This document shows positions 11,732 through 24,009 of a DNA stretch of 64,000 nucleotides, in pieces (the first letter of the stretch is position 1; each line of letters begins with the position of its first letter). The DNA is from Leucoraja ocellata (Eukaryota): contig JAWMAR010000030.1 of assembly GCA_036785375.1 (NCBI GenBank), forward strand, positions 6,014,001-6,078,000, in the 5' to 3' direction. The notes under the pieces were generated by a model. That model searched no databases. It was not told the DNA's origin and saw only the letters and a list, made by a program, of their open reading frames with translations. The position numbers and the translations under genes were made by a program.

Positions 11732-13742
11732 TTTCTCCAGGCCAATTAAGGATGGGCAGTAAATGCTGCCCAGATGTCAAAAAAACCCATGACCAAAATT
11801 GCAGAAGAATGTTGACAGACTGGAGGCTAACATTAATGAATCTTCAGATGATCGAGGAAAAATCATTACACCGCAGGTTTATTGGAAGTATCCCCAAAAC
11901 ACATTTCTGATCGATGTGTTAAAATGTTGCTGTTATTTTTCCAGCTGACCTTCTATGAGGTAATCTCAATTTATTCTGTGAGAAAGGGTAACATTCCAGC
12001 CTCAATGAATTGCACATTGTATCGATGTGTTAAGTGCTGACGTGTTTGGGAAAAACAATTGCATTTATTAACTATTGACATATGACTGGGATATTGAAAC
12101 ATACCCATTTGCTTTCGGTTCAACTGATTTCATTTTGATCATTTCTATTAAATGTTTCTTTTTGACCAGCTAATGAGTTGCTCTTTCTATAACACTGGTA
12201 TAAAAAGCTATAAGAACATGCATGGAGTCTGCTCAAATGCATCGATTGAATATTTAAGCCAATTCAAGAGATGAGCTTATTTGAGGTGCCGGACCCCTCC
12301 TGGAAGAGAAAAATATTAATATATATGTACTGTAATAGAAGATTTCGTTTATCATGAATGGTAGTGAAATGGAAACCTGACCAATAAAAACTGCCAGTTG
12401 GAAATTTTATTGCACCGAGATGGATATGCTAGATGGTTGGGTGTGGTAGGATTTTGTAACTAGATATCACCTGGAATTGAGCCTGTTCCGGTCCAGGGGT
12501 CAAGGCAAGGAATGGGACCAGGAAGGGATTCTTTAAAAATCAGGGAACGGTAGAAGTGGTTGGCAAAAAAAGGACAGAGGCTCAGAGTTGGGGTGTAATG
12601 ATCAGGTGAGTGGCCAGTGGAGAGGAGGGGAAGAATAAGTGGACCCCCCCCCCCCCCCCCCCCCATAGGATCTCATGGGATCATTGGGTTCACCAAATGG
12701 CACAAGATAAACCAATTTGAAGTGTAGGGGTTGACACCACTTTGGGGGTTCATGGCATTTGGCTTTGTTAGCCCAGACCAACGGGAAGGAAACACAGTTT
12801 GGAGATCAGAGAGCTTTCGGACCAAGGTCTTGGAGCGTGGGGTATATCAGTGCAGTGTGGCTGTAAGGCCAAAGTGTCCTAACCAAAATCTGCAGTATTA
12901 AGACATCATTGTCCCAAGAGTTGTTCCCAGGACAATTTAGTCCAATTTTCCCTTTAATGTTCCAAAAGGGGCATTGGACTGGGATTGATGCATTCTGTGC
13001 AAAACTGATGCAAAAATTGTTTCAGGAACGCAGGGGTGAATCACTTCAAGAAAACCATAGTGTAAGTTCTGGAATTACATAAAATCACACAGAAGTTATC
13101 ATAATTCAATTTCACTTTGGCAAAAAAAAAGTCTATTTTAAAGCATGAAACACTGGGGGGAAAAAAGGCTCTTCAAAATTTTAAGCTCATGTTAATTTTG
13201 CTACAACAACCACCAGCAACAGGTCCTCTCCCTCTTCTCCCACCAGTTGTAAACACTAGAGACCCGAAACATTGTAAAATGTCACTGTTCACTATCAATA
13301 ACGTGCCTAGGGTTGAAAAATAAAGCCAGATCATTTCTTTACGTTCTCAAAGGAAAACCTACACCACCAGAGTCTAGCTGAGTAAATAGTTGCAGTCACA
13401 AAGTGATGATTTTCAGAGCAAACGTCTTTGGCACCATTGGTAGTTTTGAAACTGTACATCTATAATTTTTAACTGTATAAGATATACCACGGCTAACAAC
13501 CATTTGAGTATTTGTTTCTGTGGTAAGGAGTAAACTGAAATTTCCATACTCTTGCAGTAAATATTTAAAACACATTGAATAAAATAATTTGGTGCTGAAA
13601 TGTTGACCTTCCATCTTACCTTGGGTTACAGGCATGAAACTAATTTCAATTGTAAGACTTTTAAGGATAGAACAAAAATTAATTGTAGACCATTCACAGT
13701 AAAATTAGCTAACACTTTAAAAGTATGCACACATTCAAATAC

Positions 13743-13845
13743 CTGCATAAACTTGATGCTTGCTGGTTTTCTTTTCTGGTTCTTCAGTTTGTGATCTCTG
13801 CATTCTGATAATCTTTGGAGTATTACTTTGTGTCCTCAGTTCCAT
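13743..13845 (-). CDS. SYNPO2L: Probable alternative first coding exon of SYNPO2L (PDZ-less short isoform, CHAPb-like)
   Basis: An ATG-initiated, stop-free 103-nt segment (MELRTQSNTPKIIRMQRSQTEEPEKKTSKHQVYA+G) ends at donor GCAG|gtattt in phase 1. Splicing to exon 4 gives ...VYA-E-LHRSES. As I recall, the mammalian short isoform has the similar junction ...FYA-E-LQRAES after a leader of similar length. Confidence 0.7.
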
Positions 13846-15252
13846 ATAGACACTGTAATCACTCATAAACTGGAGTGAGCCCAAGACTCTTAAGTCTGCC
13901 AAGCTCTCTTATCGCCTTTTACTCCCCTTGTCAGACCAGACAAAAGGACGGTTAAGAACTTCTGTCCGTTTGACTATTTTTACCCATTACATACCAACTA
14001 GTTGTGTGATGGGTTTAAGCATCTGTCTGCGCTCAAACCGGCCTTCAAGAGATTTTTTTCAGACAAGTAAAGCTAAAAGAAAATTGTGGCGATTGACACA
14101 AGAATGAAATGTGTCAAAGTGTCAGGCAGTGATGTCATTAAAATACTTTTCATACTCATAACTGTGGGATAAGCAAGAAAACATTGTTTCAAAAGTCAAG
14201 TAAACATGGTCAAAAGATGAATATACTTTAGATCTATAAATTGACCCCAGTGGAAAAAAGACGTTGGCTGCAAAGTGTGGCAGTAAGCAATATTAAGAGG
14301 ATAATTCTTGTCTCCTTATATAATTTAAGGCATGTTTAATTTTAAATGCTGGAGTTTAAATAGGTCATTAGTGTCAGCAATTCATGAATGTTAGACACAA
14401 AAAAAAAAATCCTCTTTATCCTCAACTCTCTTCAATGGCATTTCAATACTAGAAGCAACTTCCTCAAATCTTCATGAGTTCTAAGAGCAAATTAATCCAT
14501 TCGGCCCATTACGTCTATGCCGCCATTCAATCGTGGCTGACCTGTCTTTCCCTCTCAACCCCATTCTCCTGCCTTCACCCCATAACCGCTGCCACCCTTA
14601 CTAAAGCCTCAATTTCCTGAGCCCAACCTTGGATTTTCTGACACCACGCGCTCTCATTCCCTTTCCCACCATCCCTACACATCTTGCAGCCATCACAATC
14701 TAGCAATCTAAAACTCCCTATAAAGCCCTACTTTATCGTTCTTATCGCCAGTGACTTGCAGTCCCCAAATCTTACTTCCAAAGTTTTCTGGTCTCTACCT
14801 AGAAATCTCATTGACAAGGGTTGCTATATTAAACCATTGTCACACCAATACAGTGGAATCTGTATTTACCTGAACACTTGCATTGATCCCACCCTATAAT
14901 TATCCCAAAGTAATACATTTTTCTTCATCAAATAATAGAATGTTGTTTTATTCGAAAGGTTTAAAGGATAGCACTATTGTAGTAAATTAGAAATATATAT
15001 ATATATAAATGCACGGCGCTTTCATGGGTATGTTTAAACAACTGTTTTCAAGTCTTGACCATAAGATCACACAGTATCAAGTAACAGACAGCAACTGACG
15101 TGCTTTTCAGAGAGTTGACCTCATATCCTCTAAACCTCTCATGTTCCACTTAATAGCAGCACATTGAACACATCAGAAAAGCCCAGAGCATCGGAGGCCT
15201 TTAGGTTTAAAATTATTTGAGACTATCTTAGAAGGTAACTAAAAAAACTTAC

Positions 15253-16360
15253 TGGCTTGCTTGGCCTTCTCTTTGTAGGTGGTGGTTAGCAACTCGTCCA
15301 CGGGGTTGTTCACTGGGCCCACCATGGGCACCAGCTGTGTATCCCTCAGGCTGGGCATGCTGGGCAGGCTGGCGGTCGGCAGCAGCTTCTGCTCAGGTGA
15401 GCCGGCCTGGGCGTGTACCTCCTGGAAGCCGCTGTCAGTTTCCGACGTGCCCAGGATCCCCTGTCGCAGAGGAACATCTTCGCCGCTGGACTGGGCAGAC
15501 CAGGTGTTGGCATAGGCGGGGTTGGTGTTGGGGTTGGTGTTGGGGTAGGTGGGGTTGGTGTTGGGGTAGGTGTTGGGGTAGGTGGGGTTGGTGTTGGGGT
15601 AGGTGTTGGGGTAGGTGGGGTTGGTGTTGGGGTAGGTGGGGTTGGTGTTGGGGTAGGTGTTGGGGTAGGTGGGGTTGGTGGTGAGTTTGGTGATGGGGTA
15701 GGTGGTGTTGGGGTAGGTGGGGTTGGTGTTGGGGTAGGTGGGGTGGTAGTTGGGATAGTTGGGGTTGGTGGTAGGGTAACAGGGAGTGGGCTGAGTGTGG
15801 CTGCTGGGGGTGAGGATAGTGTGGGCGAGACCAGGCTTGGGGTAAGTAGCCATCTCCACTTTGGGCTGCCAGATATTAATCTTGGCTTCCACCTTCCTGG
15901 GCTGAAACATCCTCGGGATTGCCCCTTGGGCGAGGCTGGGATGATCCAGACAGGCGGATGCTGCGGGTTCCGGCGACAGGGGACTCAGAGGGGAGCGGCA
16001 GTCGCTCCACACCGGCTCCGGGCGCTGTCGTACTCGCTCTGCTCCGACGTCTCGTCGGCCGATCCCCGCACTGGCGCTCTGGGACCCGGCCAGCGCTTCT
16101 TCTGCCTCCGCTGCCTCTCGCTCGCCGTGTGATCCGCGTCGCTGTCGGTCTCACCGTAATACGCCTCGCTGTCCGGGGGCGATGTGTAGCACTCCGGCTG
16201 GCCACGGAGCCCGCTGGTGCCGCGGGATGCCTCTGCCTTCACACTGGGGGGCTCCCGCATTAGCCCGGGGACTTTTGAAGTTTCTTGGCTCCGTTCACAG
16301 GGGGCGGTGGCCGGGCTGGTCTCAGATTGAAAGCTGCCAGTTGCCGGGCTGCACGAAATC
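15253..16360 (-). CDS. SYNPO2L: SYNPO2L exon 3 (contains an apparent 1-nt frameshift at ~16020-16022)
   Basis: Acceptor cctcttctag|GATTTCG at 16361/16360 (phase 2) opens a frame encoding SPPDSEAYYGETDSDAD, a SYNPO2L motif. The 3' part in another frame encodes ETDSGFQE..LVPMVGPVNNPVDELLTTTYKEKAKQA and ends at donor GCCA|gtaagt (15253/15252, phase 1). The exon is 1108 nt, whereas the flanking phases require 3n+2. Confidence 0.88.
15505..15778 (-). repeat. Coding minisatellite of mixed 21-bp/12-bp units (NPTYPNT / YPNT) in SYNPO2L exon 3
   Basis: Plus strand is (ggggtaggtggggttggtgtt)/(ggggtaggtgtt) tandem units. Translation contains 6 NPTY plus NPNY and NPAY. Confidence 0.93.
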
Positions 16361-17130
16361 CTAGAAGAGGATTCAAGTTACTGGGATCAGAAGCGATGGA
16401 ACAATTGAACTCGGGATAGACTAGCACCCTCCTGGATTAGTGGCATCTCAGTGGCTGGCAGTGGCTGGCCTGGAATCAGTGGGTAAGAACGCCCGTCATG
16501 GGTTCAAATATCAAGTGTGCGAAGTCACTCTCTCTCAGTCCCTTCAGCCAAGTTACAGAGATAAACTTTTAAACCGCATGGGGCTTTGTAGATGCTGAGG
16601 TTGTGGGGAGGGGACGAGGGCGTGTTGGGCGTTTTAAAGAACATAGAGGCAGAAGGTGATTATATACCCCGTCCAGTCGGATCTGACCATATCCTCCCCT
16701 GCCTGATTACCTATACATCCTTAATATATCTCACCCTTGAATGCACTTCATGACATATTCCCACTAAAGTGTCCCCTAACACCAGAAGGGTTGAACTTTC
16801 TGCTAGTTGCAGTTATTCCACCCTGGAGAACTTGGCCGGGAAGTGTAATAAACATGATGTTCATCACACCTTCATTTCAGTACGTAACTAGGTTGACATG
16901 CCTGGAACAATAATCAAGAACAGAATCTATGGGTAATATTTCACCACATGCAGTGTTGAGAGACCCTGGAATTCCAAACAGATGGAATAACATTTCTGCA
17001 CTCTATCATATTCCTTTATCATTGAACAACCTTAACTGGGTTTGCCAAACATTTAAAAATCTAAGGAATGATAAACTGCTTAAATAAAGGAACTCAAGTG
17101 ATTGCATTTTGCACCGTCCGTGTTTAGTAC

Positions 17131-17282
17131 CTCTTGACCCAGATGCGCAGAGTCCCGTCTGAAGAGTCTATGATGTTCATTGCATCTGCATGTGAAATTC
17201 CACTGCAAGATCTTCCATTGATGGTCAGGAGGGTATCATTCTCACGTAGCCCACCTCTACAAGCTTTCCCTCGCTTCCGCAC
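17131..17282 (-). CDS. SYNPO2L: SYNPO2L exon 2 (C-terminal part of PDZ domain)
   Basis: Encodes VRKRGKACRGGLRENDTLLTINGRSCSGISHADAMNIIDSSDGTLRIWVK(R), a typical PDZ body. Acceptor tattccag|GTG, donor AAGAG|gtacta. 152 nt, phase 0 to phase 2. Confidence 0.93.
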
Positions 17283-20200
17283 CTGGAATAATCCGAGTAA
17301 AAGGATCTGTGATTTGATGCTAAACTCATTATTTTGCACTATTTAAAAAAAAATCTCCTTCACATGAAATAAATGAATCATTACCTCATGCTTAAATTTT
17401 GGTTGGAAAATGAACTCTTATGCTCACTCTCCCAGATGTCATTTTTCTATGTTTCTATGTTTCTATGTGATCTGTGTTTAGTTGATCTGTTACTATCAGG
17501 ACAATGAAATCAGCCAAACTGGAGCATGAGATTGAGAAATGTTCAGTTGGAGTTACACCCAATGCCAATTGTTTCAGAAACTGGAGCTAGTTTTTAAAAC
17601 ATTGTGGTAGAATTCAGCAATACAATGAATTATACGGCAGAAGAATGAATTATCTTGACACGTTGTTGCTAATTGCACCCATTACGGATATTCTTAGAAA
17701 TATTAATAGGCATAAAATACATTAATGGGAAAATTTCCAAAATATATAAATATGAAAAAAAAAATCCAATTTGACCATTATACACAAGTGATGCCAATAA
17801 ATGGTGCTGTTGAATTCAGAAAGTCAGTTTTGATTCAAGAATTGTCTCAGGTTGAGAGATTGACAAAAAAATATTTTTTGCAAAAATACATTTTCTGCTT
17901 TGTTAATGAAGCCACGTCATAAATAGAATAGAATAGAATGCATTTATTGTCATTTAAACCTAGGTTTGAAGGACATATAATTTCTACAGTTTTTTACATT
18001 ACAAAACAATCCAAGACCCACACTTAACACAGTGATGGAAGGCAAAGTCTTTATCGCTTCCCTTTGTTCCTTCTCCCATGGTCCAGCAGTCCAACTGCAG
18101 TGTCGAGGCGAAATATACCAGGGATGTACAAAATATATTTATAAATTACACAAACAACTGTACAATTGTGCTGGTCCATGCCCAATCGTTGCACTTGACA
18201 ATATGCAACCAGTTTGGAGCAAAACCCTAAGCTGGAGACAATCACACCCGAAACGTTTGCTGAATTTGTGCTGAATTTACCAATAACCCTGAAAGCAGAA
18301 ATATTAGGTCAACATCAGTAATTAGAGGTGAAGTCAATCCTACTCAGAAACTCCTAGCAGCTAACAATTTGTGCACAAAAGCTACCAGCACACTTATAAA
18401 TTACTGTTCTTTTGAATATCAATTTACAAGTAAGTGTCTTCAAATCCCATCTATGCTGAAGAAACTAAGTACCGAATGTTGACTTGTTTAAAGGAAGATT
18501 CAAATGCCCCAAAACTTCGCAGGTGAAAAAGAAATCAACTATTTATTCAAGGTGTCCTACTTTCCCTCATGTCCCAATGTCCTCCGTAAACATCACCCGT
18601 GCAATCCAGTAACAGCGGAGAAAAGTGCCTTGAAAAATATAGAGATGACCAAAAATATAGAGATGACCAAAAGAATTGGACAAAATTATTATGATGTAGA
18701 ACGCAGATTCAGATTCAAATAGCTAAAGACAACAAGGACAATTATATGTGGGTGACTTATTGGATAATGTCACTAGATAGCTGATTATAGGAGTTGTACA
18801 ACTCCTGGCATTGCAGCAGTGAAAATTAGTCATTGTCCAAATCCTGATTTTGACTCCGTGAGTTATTGGGTGGGGATTACACAGAGGTTAGACGCAATGC
18901 CTTTGCTGAATAGCCTGCTCTTGCTTAAACAGCAACAGTGAGTCAGATATCAAAAGGTGACTCTTGTTTGTGAAGCAGTGCATCAGGAAAACATGTCCAG
19001 AATAGGACTGAAATAAGGTCCGACCAATATTTTTTGCAGAGTGGTTGATATCTGAAGCCAGAGAAGATGGTAGAATCAAATTCCAGCACTGTGTTCAAGA
19101 GGCATAGAGACGGGCAGTTCACTAGGCAAGGCACAGAAGGATGTGAACCCAATGAGGGGAAATGGGATTAGTGTGGATGAGCAAACAGTCACCATGGATC
19201 TAGAGGGCTAAATGGGCCATTTCTGTGCTGTATGACTGACAATTGAACAGCATGTCAAGGTGATTGGTAGCTAGTACATAAGATCTGTTCAAAACAAACT
19301 CAGGAGGTTAGGCAGCATCTGTAGAAGGAATGGACAGTTAACATTTCGGATCAGAAGAGAATGGACAGGTGATGGTTTGGGTCAGGACCCTCCTTTTAAC
19401 CTTTTAGCTGTGCAGCATTAAATTTTAAAAGCCAAGCACAGCAGATGCTGGAAATACAAAATATAACAAAAAATGCTGTCAATAATTAGCATGCCAGACA
19501 ATATCTGTGATAAGAGAAATAGATTTAATGTTTTAGTTCAATGACCATTCATCAGATAAACATTAACCGTTTCGTTCATTTCCAGCATGAAATTCCAAGT
19601 AATATCAACAAATTACACTGACATTTGTTCAAAATTGTGCTTCATAAACTTCAACCTTGTGATCTTAAAACAAAGTAATCCCCCAAGCTGGGACAAGATT
19701 TTCACAGGTAGATATCAAAGAGGTCCACAAAAGATTAACAAGTTTGGTTCCTGAGATGAGGGACTATGGTTACATGGATAGACAATAAAAGGTTGGGTTT
19801 TTTTGGAGGAAGCTGATTGACATATAAAAAATGATGAGGGGTATGAACAGAGTGGATTAAGGGGGGGGGGGGGGGGCTTTGATAGAGAGATTAAAAACTA
19901 AATGTAACAGCAATAATAAAAAGGGAAAGACAATGACAAAAATCACATGCAACATGCGATTAGAATCTGCAATGCATTATCTGCAGATGTGGTGGGAAGC
20001 ATGCTTCATCGTGACCTACAAGAGAGGATATTTGGTGGAGACAAATGTGCAAGTTTCTGGAGAAGGGCCTAGTAGTAGAATTAGGTAGGCTAAATGCCTC
20101 CTTGTGTAATCTCCTTATGTTCTATGGTTCCATCTAATGTACAAAGGGGAATACAAACTAATTTAATCCAATCTATCTTCTCGATTTAAGTGCAGTATAT

Positions 20201-23200
20201 TTTGGAATCTCCACTACTAGTGTGAAGCTCAAAGCACTTTTCGTGGGTTCAATTGGCATGGTAAAGAAAATATTTGTGGTGTAAGACTCACAGGGACAAT
20301 GAGGAGATTTGCACTGAAGTGTTTAATAGTGGAAGAGCTTGCATTCCTCCAGTATCTGTCACAGCCTTAGTAATTTACAATCATTGACATACTTTACAAG
20401 TGTATGCACTTCTGTAACTTAGGAAATGCAGCAGCCAAAATATGCATAATAAACTCCCATAATCAGCAATGCAATGACCTTGATGAATTGATTGGAGAAT
20501 TAATATTGGATCAAACTTCATATTGGACCCCGATACTCAGAGAACGTTTTGTGAGAAGATGTGCAATGGAACAAGTTCACTTGTGCAAAGCACAATTATT
20601 GCTGACAATGTAGATGAATCACACTGACTATGCATATAAATCTCAATTATTAAAAAAGTATCAATCTTATCAAGATTGTTTGGAAGAAATTAGTGTCATT
20701 GGAAATAACAGCGTGTGCATTTTGTGAGAGATAACAAGAAAGGTCAATGATCCCTGTGATTGTCATCTTGTAGGGCATGACCATGTAGTTTGCAGATGTA
20801 GTACTGAGCGCCACAGGAGGTCCTTTTTCCCTATGGCTATCAACTCCTCCCCTTCTGTCGTGGGGGAGACTGACCCCCCCCCCCCCCCCATCCCCCCTCC
20901 CAACATTTGCACATCCCCAATCCTTTCCACTTGTCACTTTAATTTAATGTTTCATGTTTCTTGTGTTTTATGACTGTTGACAGACCAATTTCCCTCCTGG
21001 CATGAATAAAGTTCTATCGTATCGTCATGTGTTAGACAACGATAACTCCCTGATCTTCCCTTCATTGATGTAAAATAACAGCTTGTCCATACTGACTGCA
21101 ACCTGCCAAAGATTGGCAGATCACTGACTGAGCTGTCTTAACTGCCCAAGTGGTGTAGACTTGCTCTATGAGTCGTTGTTTACAAACATTTATTTTCTGA
21201 TAACTAAAGGACAATTATTTCAATCAGTGTGACTCCCTGATAATATTTGCACAATAGTCAGACATGACCAAATAATGGAAGCACAGGTCAGCTATAATTT
21301 TATTTCTCTCAATAGACTGTCTCATGGTTCAGAATCAACGTTAATAAATACTAATATTCAACTGAAATCGTAGACATATCACAGGATGTGGCTTCTAATA
21401 GCAGTTGAATCGTCCCTGTATGGTTTGCTCAACCTACAGAATGATCAATGCTGCTAAAAACTGCCCTGCATTGCCCGCGATATGCAAAAGTCTGTCTTTG
21501 TGAACCTGCCGAGTTGAGAGTTGAAGGCAAATCCCAAATTACTCAATGCCCGAAAATAGCAATCGGCTCAATGACAGGTGTTATTGCAGGCGGTCCACAC
21601 ATTGCAGGCACTGCGCTTGGCTGTCATTTCACATGCATTATCTCTCCGCACACAGTTTATTTAAGGCACTAACTTATCTGGAATGCATGTATACCATTCC
21701 CCAGTAAGTATTGAGAAACAGTTTCTCTCACTCATGGCGCAGCAACCATAAGTGTTTTTTAAGAGGCACAACCTATTTTCACTGGCTGACGTCACTTTGT
21801 AACCTTCATTTCTTTCTCTCTGGGGTTTGCGTATCAGTTTCTTTCCTCTATCTTTTCCTCTAGTTTTGAGAGCCAAGGATGTGAGTTTTTTTTGTGCTTT
21901 ATTATTTATAGGAATTTAGTTGTCTAAACCTGGAACTGTTCCTGTTCGGACTTTGGGGATACCTGGATTGGATTGCATTGTGACTTCCCTGCACTTAGTT
22001 TTGAAACACATGCGTAAGCAAGAACCAACTGGCTGAAATACTGATAAAAACTTGAAATTAGCACCTTCAACAAAATGATTTACAGTGGGAAGATGACACA
22101 GTAATCTTAATGACAAGTTTAATTTCAACTTTACATAGTACATCTAATTGTTGTGCCTTGGCATAGAACATTCAGGGCAACTTAAAACAAATATTTGACT
22201 GCAAAATCAAAGTATATATTGTCTCAGCAAAAGTGCAAACAGAAGACAACTTTATTTTCAACCCATCTGATAAAAGTTATTAGTTTTGTCAACTTTTCTA
22301 ATGGAAAATAAATACAATTGCAGATCTTGGAATTATCCAACCGTCACCCTTATCTACAACCTGACTCTGGGTTCCTGCTTCATTCTCAGCTGGTGACATG
22401 GAATTTGAAGTGCCTCTAACTTTGGTCCCTATCACCTCAAATGACATTGGCAGCAGGCACATACAGCATTAACACAAGGGATTCATCAGTTCAAACTTAA
22501 CATATTTCACATTTGCCTTTGGGTTAAAATCTTGGAAATCATAGTTAATGGCACCCCATAGGCACTTTCATAACTTGGGATCCTGGTGAAATACAACATC
22601 ATGTTTTGAAAGAAAATTACAGATGAGTAATTAGTGTCCCTCTTGCCAGCAATCCCCAGATCTTGTGAATTGAAAAAATCACCTTAAACTTACAATCCAC
22701 AAACATCCTTCCAAAACCACATCTACCTGGTGTCAGCTGACAACATCTCACCCTATGAAGTTAATGCATAAATTATATTTAAAATTAATTAAAAGGCAGA
22801 TACACTAATTAAGAATATTAATACACTCTGGTGCTTCAGCTCAAAGTTTCAATCTAGACATCAGGAGCACTTAAAAAAAAAACCTTCTCAAAAGTCAATA
22901 TTTTAGTTTTATTATGGAATTATGCCATATTACCAGGGTTAGTATGCACTGTTGATCCTCATTTATCTTTGAGATAGTGGTGGTGAGCACTTTCTTAAAC
23001 TGCGCTGGTTAAGGTACTATCACAATGCTGAAGGAACGTATGATAGATCTCATTCAGGTGGAGTGATTCCAAGTAGGTTTATTTAGTTTCCATGGACCGA
23101 CCACCCTTGTCCTTCTTAGTGGCAGAGACTGCAGTTTGGAGATTCTGTTGGAGTTGCCTTGGGAACTGCAGAACATTTGTTGGTGCACCATGCTGCTAAC

Positions 23201-23580
23201 GAGATGTGGAGGGGAGGGGAGGGAGAAGGAAGGGGACAGAGAGGGAAGGGCTGGAGATGAAGAACAAACCCTAGTAACAGAGGTAATGACCAAATAATGA
23301 CTCAAAGTGTTTTAAGCTGTTGGTTGTGATAAATACCAACTAGGATACCAGGGAGAATTAGTATACTTTGAAATGGACCTTTTACCTCAGAGAACAGACA
23401 GAGCTATGATTTATTTGCACAAATGTTTCATTGCCCCCAAAATCAGTGGTCACCTGTCTTGCACCATGTTGCTCTGGTGTGGGCTCTGGTACATATTCCT
23501 GGTTACCATACGGTTTCCTCCAAGCACGTGCAAGTGAGTCTTGAACTGTGCTGGTGAAGGTAACATCACAATGCTATCGG

Positions 23581-23677
23581 ATACGTCACCACGCACCATG
23601 CGCGCATCACGTGCACGTCATGCATCGTGACGCATAAATGATGTTGCGTAAATTACGCCCAAGTGGGACAGGCCCTT
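23581..23677. mobile_element. One end of a non-autonomous DNA transposon (Harbinger-like MITE)
   Basis: CpG-rich segment ending AAGTGGGACAGGCCCT-TAA, the reverse complement of the end seen at 57495 (TAA-AGGGCCTGTCCCACTT). The superfamily is inferred from the TAA flank. Confidence 0.55.
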
Positions 23678-23812
23678 AAAAAATAAGAATCAAGGGGCAC
23701 AAGGCAGGGAAGAAAAAAAGAATCTCTATCACTACAGTAAAGGTGCAAACTAATGGGGCCAAAATTGAAGTAGTCCTCTGGATCTGATGGCATGGATCCT
23801 AGGATACATGAT

Positions 23813-24001
23813 GTTTAGGAAGGAACTGCAGATGCTGGTTTACATTGAAGATAGACACAAAATGCTGGAATAACTCAGTGCGTCAGGCAGCGTCTCTGAA
23901 GAAAAGAAATAGGTTACGTTTCGTGTCGAGACCCTTCTACATCCTCAGTCCGTTGATGTTGCCTGACCCGCTAAGTTACTCCAGCATTTTGTGTCTATCT
24001 T
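23813..24001. repeat. Penelope pLTR-derived inverted-repeat element (representative of ~25 copies in the window)
   Basis: agatagacacaaaatgctggaataactcag..gtcaggcagcgtc and its reverse complement gatgttgcctgacccgctaagttactccagcattttgtgtctatct. Confidence 0.85.
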
Positions 24002-24009
24002 TAATATCT

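Noticed and set aside
15985-16060. Programmed -1 ribosomal frameshift as an explanation for the exon 3 frame break
   Set aside because: No X-XXY-YYZ slippery heptamer is visible at the site; a single missing base in a short homopolymer is simpler.
15337-16132. Plus-strand GV-rich and WG-rich ORFs resembling elastin or silk
   Set aside because: Antisense shadows of the NPTYPNT repeat and the GC-rich exon 3.
18634-18670. Short tandem duplications (also ~1597, 24194, 45160, 51476, 57675)
   Set aside because: Ordinary slippage-type microduplications with no further structure.
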